From the NCBI GenBank assembly GCA_052426225.1, contig JBNJNM010000012.1, positions 930,001 through 994,000 on the forward strand: a stretch of 64,000 nucleotides of DNA. Direction: 5' to 3'. Source of the DNA: Zancudomyces culisetae HAW-14-8. Its lineage: Eukaryota; Fungi; Kickxellomycota. Below are positions 9,417 to 19,094 of the stretch, piece after piece. A program made the translations under genes and the position numbers. The notes under the pieces are model-generated. The model ran no database searches, had not been told where the DNA came from, and worked only from the letters and a program-made list of their open reading frames with translations. Numbering within the stretch: the first letter of the stretch is position 1; the number at the start of each line of letters is the position of its first letter.

Positions 9417-12400
9417 TTAAGCGCGAATTGAAGGGTCGCGAATTTGTTTGAATCTTCTAAGTCGAGTTTGCAGTCGTGGGCCTACATCTGGAATCATGTG
9501 CTCGGATTCGCGGTACAGTTTCAGGCTGTCTCCATTACACAGTTCTCTTCTTCCTGTGTTATCAGTAATTACATAAACCCCTTTGTTTAACTCCCTAGTA
9601 ATTTGGTATGGTCCTTCCCATGTTTTGCCTAGCTTTAACTTATCTCCTTCTACTAACCTAAGTACAGTATTACCAATATTAAATTTAAATATCTTTACTC
9701 TCTTATTATAGCTTTTTTCATCACGCTTTTTTGCTACTAGGTTATGCTGGTGAGCTAATTTTCTAAGTTCGGGTAATTGGTCGTTTATGGCTAAAATACG
9801 AGAATTGACTAGCTCTTCTTCGTTCTCTATCTCGCCATTATATTTCCATGTTGTTGATAACTGTGGTTGAATTCCATATAGTAACTGTGCTGGACTATAT
9901 TTAGTCGATTTGGATACCAATGTTCTTATTATCAATAATGATTTCCAAAGAAAAAGATCCCAATTTTTCATGTCAGTCCTACATTGTTTCCGTAAAGTAT
10001 TCTTAAGTGTCTGGTTTAACCTCTCTACCTGGCCGTTACTTTGCGGTCGGTAGGAGGTACTCGGAGTGTGTTCAACTCCTAACCAATTGAATACATTAGT
10101 GGTAGCCTCACTTACGAAGCCGGAGCCTCGATCGGTTATTATCTGCTGCGGAATGCCATAATGCTGAATAATATGGTTCATGATGAAGCTGATAATTGTT
10201 TCACTGGTGATGTTAGAGACTGCTGCCGCTACAGGCCATTTTGTGCAATAATCTATTGCAGTCAAAATGTACCTATTGCCACTTTCTGTTACAGGTGAAA
10301 TAGGACCCACGGCGTCTATGCCGAAAATTTCGAATGGTCTTGAGCTTATAATCGGTTCCAATTCATGTTTTCTAGATTTTCCTCCATCATAAAACTGACA
10401 TGTATTACATGTTTTTACTACCTTCTCAACAACTTTGAATAACCCTCTTCCACAGTATTTTTCGGTAACTCTTCTCAGTGTACTTCTAATGCCCTCATGA
10501 CATTCGTCATGTATTTTCCTCACCTCTAACTCAACATTAACTTCATGTAATAATTCTTTGTACTGTTGTCCAACTTTCTTATAAAGCTTCCCTCCTTTGA
10601 CTAAAACTTGTTTGGCTCTATTCCTTACTTTATTCCTGATTTCCGGTGTTGCATTGTGTGGATACTCTGAGGTGCTGATAAAATGTTTAATTGCTTCGTA
10701 CCATGCCAAATCAATTGAATAAACTTCTAAGGGTTCCTCGTTTGCTACGGTTAAAGGATTACGTGATAAGATATCCGCTGGGTTTGTGCTACCCGCTATG
10801 TGTTCCAAGTCGTAATCATAGTTACGCAAAATCATGGCCCACCGGGCCAGCCTACCTGTGATTTCTGCGCTGTTGAATAGTTGCATAAGTGATTTGTGAT
10901 CGGTTCGTATTGTAAACCTGGTTCCCCAAATGTAGTACTTAAATTTTGTCACAGCCCACACCACTGCAAGTCCTTCGAGGTGTGAGATGGAATAATTCTG
11001 TTCGTGAACGTTTGTGGTTCTGCTGATATATTCGATTGGTCTCTCACCAGTTGCAGTCATTTGTGATAAAATTGCGCCTATACCGTTTTTGCTTGCGTCT
11101 GTGGTTATGACAAATGGCTTTGTCCAGTCCGGATGTATTAGAACAGGTGCTTCCATCAATTCCTGCTTCAAAATATTTAGTGACTCTTGTTTCTCATTGT
11201 CCCAACTCCATGCTGTATTTTTTCTTAATAATGTTGTAAGTGGTTTAGCGATGCTCGCAAAGTTGTTTACAAATTTACGGTAGTAACCTAATAATCCCAA
11301 TACTGATTGTAATTCTTTAACATTAGTTGGTGCTATTATTTTACTTATTGATTCAACTTTACTTTTACTGGTTGAAATTCCCTTGTCACTAATGTGGTGA
11401 CCTAAATACTCGATTTCCCTTTTTCCAATATGACACTTGTCTCTATGCAGTTGGATTTTTTGCGTTTTAAATAGGTTAAATACTGTCCTAAGATCTTCTT
11501 TGTGCTGTTCTGGAGAGTCAGAAAACACAACTACATCATCTACAAAAACTATTGCTGACTTCCACAAAACTGGGGACAGGACCTTCTCCATGGTCCTTTG
11601 AAACGTTGCCGGGCTGTTGGTTAAGCCAAACGGCATGACGTTATAATGGAAGCTTCCGTGTCCTGGAATGGAGAACGCTGTCTTCTCTTTATCCTGTTCT
11701 CTTAATTTGATCTGCCAAAACCCACTCATGGCGTCAAGTGTGCTAAATATTCTAGCACCTGACAACGCCATGAATAGGTCTTCCACCGATGGGAGAGGGT
11801 ACGCGTCTTTCTTGGTTATAGCATTAAGACGTCTGTAGTCTGTACAGATCCTCATCTTCCCGTTTTTCTTCCACACCACCACCAGTGGAGAACACCAATC
11901 CGATTGCGATGGTGATATGATTTTTTTTTCTTCCATGAGCTTAAGTTCCTTTTTAACTTCCTCTTGCAATGTTTTGGGTATTCTATAAGGTCGGAGCTTG
12001 ATTGGATTATTATCAGTTAATGTAATTATATGTTCGGCTACTGTTGTTTGTGTTAGCTCTTGCAGATCACTTACAAAAATATCTTTATATTCTTCCAAAA
12101 GATCTGTATACATATTTTTTAAAATAATGTCTTCATCTGATTCACTTTGACATTCTTTTAATAAAAAATAGACCTCCGTTTCTTTGTGATTACTTAATTC
12201 GACTGGTATAAAAAGATTAAGCATTATGTGGATATCCGAATTTTCCAGAGGTAGTATTAACTTTGGAACTGAAAGATCAATTTTTACTTTATATTTTACG
12301 AGCCAATCGGTTCCTAAAATAAGCGCATCGTCATCACGGTTGATAATCAGTAAGTTTATTGGAAAAGTTGTATCTGATATTTTTATAGGTACGTCATGTA

Positions 12401-13790
12401 CAATACCCAGTACCGGATGGCGATTGCCGTCTGCTGTGATTATAGACTGAGTACTTTTCTTGTCCGCCTCAATTCCACATTTATTTAATAATTTTAAAGT
12501 TATTATCGAGCATGCAGCTCCTGTATCGATTACGGCAGCCGCTACTACTCCAAAAATAGTTACTTTAACCTTACAGTTTGTGCTTTGCATGCTGTCAACG
12601 ACTAACTCGTTAACGTCGGGCCGCCTTGCCGAAATTCCAAACGTGTAAAACTCGTCGCACATTGCTGGAGAAATATCCAAAAGTTGAGGTAAGGATATTT
12701 TGATCTGCATTTTTTTCAACTCTTCGGCCAGTGAAAACTCGTTTTTACTAGCTGCTCTAATATTTGTGTTGTTATTAGTATCTGCAAGTAAGTTTGTTGG
12801 ATCACTGGGTTCAATATTTTGCAATGAAACTTGTCCTTCTTGGTTATTATTTTTACTACGTTTTCCGCTTTCCCTCTGTGAACTTTCACTCTCTCTGCGG
12901 CGTTTCTCAAGTGCAAAAACTTCTTCATCAACGTTCCCCGCTTCTTCTACTAACTCCACTATATTCACATTTGGGTTAGTTACCTTTTGGTCCTCGCGGT
13001 TGTTTGTACCACCATTTCTTCTTCTGCACTCATATTTATTATGCCCTCGTATTCCGCAAGATTCACACACAATCTTGTTATACTGTCCTTGTCTCCTATC
13101 ACGTTCATCTCGCTCCTTGAACCTACACTCGATTAATTTATCTACGTCTGCATTAATATCTGCACGCTGTGCTGCAAATAATTTCTCCAACCTGCCTAGC
13201 AACCTGTCCTCAATCTTGCTTTCCAATTCTTCTTCTTTTATTTGCGTCTTCTCCATAACTGGCCCTACTGAAATTCCAGTATATCTTTGTGTACTGTCCT
13301 TAACGACAACTTTGTTCACTTGTTTTGTAGTTAAAAGGTTTTTAATCAGAACAAAAGCCTCTTCCCATGTTTTGGGATTGGTACTGTTTATTTGGGTTCT
13401 CAGTGATGTGTTAATTGTTCTTACAAAACAATTAAGTTTGTAGTCATCATCCTTAATTCCTGCCCTCTCAAATAACTCCTCTAACTCCCATTCAAACTCA
13501 TCCATGTCCTGGTATTCGTCTAACTTCATTCCGTTGAGTTTCTCCCACACTGCATACTTGCTGTCCTCTTCTTTGAACTTGTTTGTAAACATTGTCTTAG
13601 TGGTTTCCCAGTTATTGAATTTTCCTTTGTACTTCCTAAACCAAATGGTCTCCTTGGTTCCTAAGTAAATGCGCATAAACTCCACTTTCTCTGTATCACT
13701 CCACCTGTTGTACGATGCTAATAACTCGTAGTCTTCAATCCATTCTGTAGCATCCATCATGGATTTGGAATCAAATTTTGGTAACTGCAT
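9417..13790 (-). CDS. Gag-Pol polyprotein, family A copy 2
   Basis: Translation identical to copy 1, offset 4934 bp. Confidence 0.93.
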   Translation of the reverse strand: MQLPKFDSKSMMDATEWIEDYELLASYNRWSDTEKVEFMRIYLGTKETIWFRKYKGKFNNWETTKTMFTNKFKEEDSKYAVWEKLNGMKLDEYQDMDEFEWELEELFERAGIKDDDYKLNCFVRTINTSLRTQINSTNPKTWEEAFVLIKNLLTTKQVNKVVVKDSTQRYTGISVGPVMEKTQIKEEELESKIEDRLLGRLEKLFAAQRADINADVDKLIECRFKERDERDRRQGQYNKIVCESCGIRGHNKYECRRRNGGTNNREDQKVTNPNVNIVELVEEAGNVDEEVFALEKRRRESESSQRESGKRSKNNNQEGQVSLQNIEPSDPTNLLADTNNNTNIRAASKNEFSLAEELKKMQIKISLPQLLDISPAMCDEFYTFGISARRPDVNELVVDSMQSTNCKVKVTIFGVVAAAVIDTGAACSIITLKLLNKCGIEADKKSTQSIITADGNRHPVLGIVHDVPIKISDTTFPINLLIINRDDDALILGTDWLVKYKVKIDLSVPKLILPLENSDIHIMLNLFIPVELSNHKETEVYFLLKECQSESDEDIILKNMYTDLLEEYKDIFVSDLQELTQTTVAEHIITLTDNNPIKLRPYRIPKTLQEEVKKELKLMEEKKIISPSQSDWCSPLVVVWKKNGKMRICTDYRRLNAITKKDAYPLPSVEDLFMALSGARIFSTLDAMSGFWQIKLREQDKEKTAFSIPGHGSFHYNVMPFGLTNSPATFQRTMEKVLSPVLWKSAIVFVDDVVVFSDSPEQHKEDLRTVFNLFKTQKIQLHRDKCHIGKREIEYLGHHISDKGISTSKSKVESISKIIAPTNVKELQSVLGLLGYYRKFVNNFASIAKPLTTLLRKNTAWSWDNEKQESLNILKQELMEAPVLIHPDWTKPFVITTDASKNGIGAILSQMTATGERPIEYISRTTNVHEQNYSISHLEGLAVVWAVTKFKYYIWGTRFTIRTDHKSLMQLFNSAEITGRLARWAMILRNYDYDLEHIAGSTNPADILSRNPLTVANEEPLEVYSIDLAWYEAIKHFISTSEYPHNATPEIRNKVRNRAKQVLVKGGKLYKKVGQQYKELLHEVNVELEVRKIHDECHEGIRSTLRRVTEKYCGRGLFKVVEKVVKTCNTCQFYDGGKSRKHELEPIISSRPFEIFGIDAVGPISPVTESGNRYILTAIDYCTKWPVAAAVSNITSETIISFIMNHIIQHYGIPQQIITDRGSGFVSEATTNVFNWLGVEHTPSTSYRPQSNGQVERLNQTLKNTLRKQCRTDMKNWDLFLWKSLLIIRTLVSKSTKYSPAQLLYGIQPQLSTTWKYNGEIENEEELVNSRILAINDQLPELRKLAHQHNLVAKKRDEKSYNKRVKIFKFNIGNTVLRLVEGDKLKLGKTWEGPYQITRELNKGVYVITDNTGRRELCNGDSLKLYRESEHMIPDVGPRLQTRLRRFKQIRDPSIRA

Positions 13791-13948
13791 GATTTCTGGT
13801 CTCTTAGAATTGACAAATTCTCGTAGTGTCTTAGTATTGGTAATACTTTCGACAACTGTGTGCTGGTTAATTAATACTTTATTATTATTTTTTGAATTTT
13901 TATTTTCTTTATTAAGATGTTTTTGGCTGTCCCCGGTCAAGCCCCCAC

Positions 13949-14337
13949 TGTCGGAATTTATTTTCCGTTTGTCGGTCTTATCCGACTTTACTGCTTTCAC
14001 TAGTATTATGTTTATTTACTACCAGTAAGCGGTAGGACCTTAGTTCTTTTGTTAATATTGTTTTATTATAATAAAGTGTATACTAAATACTAATCCGAAA
14101 ATAAGATGCTAAAAACATAGAAGAGAAAAAGCAGTGCTTAAATGCATTTTCCTCGTATATACTAATATATTAAAATACTATGAATAATATAAAAACCATC
14201 CGAAATTAATTAATATTTGGGAAATGATGATTTACGCATAGTGAAAAACCTCATAGGTGAAAAGCACTAGGTAAATCATCACATCTCACTCGCTATAACC
14301 CGAGTGAGACGCCCATCTGTCGATCTTTGATGCGACA
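13949..14337 (-). repeat. Family A 5' LTR (389 bp)
   Basis: Same sequence as the other two LTRs; bordered by TSD GTGT. Confidence 0.95.
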
Positions 14338-14344
14338 GTGTTGT

Positions 14345-15689
14345 TGTCGTGTCGGGAAAAATTTACACAATAAGATTTTCCTAGAGAGAATCGCGGGATT
14401 GGCGGTTAATCTTCTCACAATAGGATCAACCGAACATCCTATTGTGAGCAAAATTAACAATTACTTATTATCCTATCTTTTAGTAGTATTTATTAGTATA
14501 AACTTATTTATTAGTACAACGGAAATTAGATATAAGCAAAGCTAATTTCCTCTGTTTCGAACTTTACCTTCAAATTTCACAATAAATCGTATACATAGCA
14601 ACAATAGTAAATTTTATACGACAGTCGTGTAGTGTAAATACTTAACGTCCTACTTGGTAACTTTCGCTACCAAGTACTACACGGGACGGGTCAATTTCAA
14701 TAATATATAAATTTATTATACTATTATTTATCTGTGAAAAAGGACAATTTATTAATTAATTCACAATAAACATATTTATACTATTTCTATAAAATACATC
14801 TATTAAACTAACCAATAAAATTGGGACAACTCTTCAGTATAGTTTACTATACGACAGAATCCCCCCCTTAAGCTTAGATCGTCCCGATCAAGCTTATCTA
14901 TAGTCACCCTAATACCTAAAAAATGATATTTTATAGAATACTACAAAATACTTATAAAACTAACACTAGGCTAGCTATCTGCTGATACTTCTTGAACACT
15001 AATCTGTGCTCATCTCAACTCTGAATCTTAAATCTGAATCTCATAATCTTGAATCTCATTGCCTAAATCTCAAAATCTAAATTTCCTAATTTACCTCTAG
15101 GACACCTGTATTGGCTGTACTCTGGCCTTTCCTAACTCGGAGTCCAATCGTAGCTACTTCCTAAGGTCCCTAGCTATTCTTCTATGCTTCACGCTGCAGA
15201 TTCCTACTGCACTGACGTCCCTCACATATTCCTAATTTAGCGTCACCCGAAGTCCACGAGCTTCCGTTATCCATTCTGGCACTTCCTGACAGCTTCAATA
15301 ACCCTTTAGTCCAACTCTAGGTATTCCTATACCTAATCTCCGAGATTGCAATTTACTCATTTCGAGATTTCGAAATCTCATCTCGAGCCAATCAGATTCC
15401 TGGCTCGGCCCAAAAAGACCCTGCTCAACGGAGTGGGTCCTGGCTGGATCACCACTGTCGTGTAGTGAAAATGCTTAACGTCCTACTTGGTAACTTTCGC
15501 TACCAAGTACTACACGGGACGGGTCAATTTCAATAATATATAAATTTATTATACTATTATTTATCTGTGGAAAAGGACAATTTATTAATTAATTCACAAT
15601 AAACATATTTATACTATTTCTATAAAATACATCTATTAAACTAACCAATAAAATTGGGACAACTCTTCAGTATAGTTTACTATACGACA
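14345..15689 (-). mobile_element. Non-autonomous miniature LTR element (TRIM-like)
   Basis: Two 234-bp LTRs (14345/14624-14856 and 15456-15689); 599-bp internal region with no ORF of 60 aa or more; PPT (AAGGGGGGGATTC, 14857-14869); PBS TGGTGATCCAGCCAGGAC (15437-15454, tRNA-Arg-like); TSD TTGT (14341-14344 / 15690-15693). Confidence 0.88.
14350..14623. mobile_element. Solo LTR (274 bp) inserted 5 bp into the end of the TRIM-like LTR
   Basis: TGTCGG...TACGACA flanked by TSD GTCG (14346-14349 / 14624-14627); removing it restores TGTCGTGTAGTG, the TRIM LTR end. A diverged inverted relative lies at ~38969-39231. Confidence 0.85.
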
Positions 15690-15692
15690 TTG

Positions 15693-15926
15693 TGTCGTGT
15701 AGTGAAAATCCTTAAGTTCCTACTTGGTAACTTTCGCTACCAAGTACTACACGGGACGGGTCAATTTCAATAATATATAAATTTATTTTACTATTATTTA
15801 TCTGTGGAAAAGGACAATATATTAATTAATTCACAATAAACATATTTATACTATTTCTATAAAATACATCTATTAAATTAACCAATAAAATTGGGACAAC
15901 TCTTCAGTATAGATTATTATACGACA
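15693..15926 (-). repeat. Solo LTR of the TRIM family
   Basis: 234-bp copy with a few substitutions relative to 15456-15689; no clear TSD. Confidence 0.9.
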
Positions 15927-15931
15927 GCTTG

Positions 15932-17159
15932 TGTCGTAGAATAAAGAAATTTTATTTATACATAATTTAAAAACAATATAATTTGTAACTCTAAGTAAGT
16001 ATAATACTTGATAACTAATACCACTTAAAGATTAACTTGTACGGATATATTGAGTGATTAGAATCTAATATTTATTAATGTGAACCAAAAACCTGATAGA
16101 TAAAACTCTCACAATAACTCTACCAAACCTTAAATAAAAACTAATTACGCTTAAAGGGATTCAATTTTAATTGTTTTATTATACGTAATTTTAACCAATA
16201 AAACCTATCTAAAATATCTTTATAAAATTGAACTAAAAAATAACTAAAATAAACAAAACTAAACTAAAATATAGCACTATTGTACTATACGACAGCACTC
16301 CCCCTTTAGGCGATAATGCCCTCATTATTTTGAGCCTGTTTAAAGGTAAGTAACTTAGGTCGAAGTCGATTTGAAATTTCGGGAATCAAAATTTAGATTC
16401 ATGGTACTTCTTTAGCAAGTCTCCGTTGACTAAATCTCTATTTCCGAACTGATCTGAGATTAAGTAAGCCCCCTTAGTAAACTTTTCCATAACTGTATAT
16501 GGGCCTTCCCATAAACTTTCAAGCTTTCCTCTTTCATACTCTACTAACTTTAACACTTTTTCTCCAACTTGAAATTTTGTAAATTTAACGGTTTTATTAT
16601 ATCTTACTTTTTCAGATTCTTTTGCTGCTACAGCTTTGCGAACCCCGATTTTTCTTATTTGCGGTAAGTTACTCTTCATTAGCTCCAATCTACTTTTAAC
16701 TTGTTCAACTTCATCTTCAATTACACCATTAGATTTCCAAGTCGAGGGAATGCACATTTCGGTTCCGTACATCATCTCGGCGGGTGTATAACCGGTACTC
16801 TTGCTCTCCATAGTTCTCATGATGAGTAACACCTTCCACAGGTAACGATCCCATTATTTTTGTCTTTCCTACATATCTTCTGTAACAAATTTACTAACGT
16901 CTTGTTCAATCTTTCACACTGTCAGTTGCTCTGCGGACGGTATGAAGTGGTAGGACTGTGGTCCAGCTGTAACCAGTTCAATACCTCGGTAGAAACGTTG
17001 CTGACAAAGCTCGAACCCCTATCTGTTATTATCTTCTGTGGTACACCGTAGTAAGTAATGATAATGTAAATTATAAAGTATACTATAGTTTCACTTAACA
17101 AGTTGTCTACGGCCATGGCTATCGGCCATTTCGTGCAATAATCTATAGCTGTTAGAATA
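15932..17159 (-). mobile_element. Truncated Gypsy element: 3' LTR (15932-16294), PPT and decayed integrase (16306-17159)
   Basis: TGTCGTAG...TACGACA LTR; PPT; IN fragments TDRGSSF, YRPQSN, WEGPY; frameshifted tail IPEISNRLRPKLLTFKQ; cut at the TA of the Tc1 element. Confidence 0.88.
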
Positions 17160-18727
17160 CAATGAGTTTCAAAATTGTCTCAAAATATTGATAATAATTT
17201 GCAAAGTGTAATATCTCGCTCAATAATATCTAGAATTTATATGTTTTTTATATTATCTAATGCACAAATGTTATATTATATTTTTATATAATTAGTATTA
17301 TTATTGGTTAAAAATTCACTATAAAAATATAAACTGAAAAAATTTTAAAAATGAGACAATTTTGGGAATTTTTCAAAAAAAAACTTTAAAATTCTGTCCA
17401 ACTTCCTTTAGACTTGATAACTGCCTCAACTCTTTTGGGCATACTATCTATAAGACCAAGTATTGTTCCCACTGAAATTGAATTCCATTCCGTTTCTATT
17501 CGCTCCCATAATATGATCATCCCGGACGGTGGTTTACTGTATCTATTTAGGCGTTTTTTGATGATTGCCCATATAGTTTCGATTGGGTTTAAGTCTGGAG
17601 ATTGTGGCGGCCAGTCCAATGTATTATATTTCTGGTTTTCAAGCCAGCATGTAACTAACTTTGAGGTATGTTTAGGATCATTGTCATGTTGAAATATTAT
17701 TGACTTGGGATCCAACTTGTAGTACTTTATTGTATTGCTAAGCTCGTTTTTTTAAATGTTTAAATAACCTTTCTTGTTTAACATTCCTTCTATTCGGCAC
17801 ATGTAGCCAGTTCCAAATGCTGTGATGCATCCCCAAATCATTAATGATCCTCCACCGTGTTTTACGGTCTGGTTAATATTGTGCGGCTGTAGACTCACAC
17901 CATCACGAACCCAAGTCCATTCATTTCCATCAGATCCAAATCGGTTGATTTTAGTTTTGTCGGACCAAATTACTCGCCTCCATTCATCAGTAGTCCAGTG
18001 GCGATGAGATTTTGCGAATCTCAACCTTTTTGCAATATTTTTAAGGCTCAGTTTCGGTTTGGATGCCTTCTTTTTTGCAACGGCTTTTAAATCATTAAAA
18101 GCCCTATATATTGTAAACTTACTTGCACAAACAATATTATCCATTTCTAATTTCTTTTGTATCGAAGTAGCAGTTCGATACATTCCAGATAATATCATCC
18201 TAGTACATATTCGCTTGCTTTGGGGTGAAAGCTTCGCTGGACAACCGCGTTTATTAGCCGGTAAATTGATATTCATTGCTGCTTTAATTCTGTATATTGT
18301 TGCTTTACTAACTCCATGTTCCTTAATGATTAGGTCAATGCTTCTGCCTTCAAGTAACGCGTTTTTAATATCCAGTTTACGTTGTTCAGATATCATTTTT
18401 TAAAAAATTATTATTTTGATTAGTATAACAATTATATATATTATTATATTTAAAATTTTAAATATTTTAAAGTTTGAATTCATAAAGTTATGATTGTTTA
18501 AATTTTTTTTTTGAAAAATTCCCAAAATTGTCTCATTTTTAAAATTTTTTCAATTTAAAATTACATAATGAATTTTTATCCAATTAATTTACAGAATATA
18601 TAAAATTAACATATAACATTTGTGCATGATAAAATTTAAATATTATATAATTTCTGAATATTATTGCGCGAGATATTACACTTTGCAAATTATTTTCAAT
18701 ATTTTGAGACATTTTTGAAACTCACTG
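17160..18727 (-). mobile_element. Tc1-like DNA transposon, copy 1
   Basis: TA-flanked, ends CAATGAGTTTCAAAA / TTTTGAAACTCACTG, ~225-bp imperfect TIRs, transposase on the minus strand. Confidence 0.93.
17386..18396 (-). pseudogene. Tc1 DD34E transposase, frameshifted near 17750
   Basis: WSDKTKINRFGSDG, KHGGGSLMIWGC, FQHDNDPKH, WPPQSPDLNPIE split over two ORFs (17752-18396, 17386-17715). Confidence 0.9.
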
Positions 18728-18729
18728 TA

Positions 18730-19094
18730 AGTGTATTGTATGAATGTATACAAGATACTAGATACTGAATCCAAGACAGGAAAATTGTACCCTTTTTATA
18801 CTTTTTTCCATGCCTTGGATTTTGAACATAATCACATGTAAACTGCGGAATAGCTAAATATGCGTGCTAAAGTAAAACGTGTTTGATACTAATCCAATTT
18901 GATTAGTAATCAAACAAAAATCAAATATGAATGCTATAAAATTAAACATGTGAAAATTATTACGTAAAAATAATTAATTAATAAAGTGAGTTTTCGGTAA
19001 TGTTCTAGAATGTTGGGGAACATTCTAAACATTACTACGGAATAAATTAGAAGATTCTAGTATGTTTTCAACATTCTAGAATCAGTTCATGACA
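18730..19094 (-). repeat. Truncated, inverted solo LTR of the chromovirus family
   Basis: Reverse complement of 20944-~21310 with scattered differences; the U5 end is missing at the Tc1 boundary. Confidence 0.88.

Larger units (their letters stand above)
4080..14337 (-). mobile_element. Tandem dimer of a Ty3/Gypsy LTR retrotransposon (family A): LTR-internal-LTR-internal-LTR
   Basis: Three near-identical TG...CA LTRs (4080-4468, 9015-9402, 13949-14337), two identical 1527-aa ORFs, one 4-bp TSD GTGT (4076-4079 / 14338-14341) around the whole dimer; begins 7 bp from the tRNA-Thr 5' end. Confidence 0.96.

Noticed and set aside
14345-15926. Three 234-bp repeats as a CRISPR or satellite array
   Set aside because: They are LTRs with TG..CA ends, PBS, PPT and TSD; there are no cas genes or repeat-spacer periodicity.
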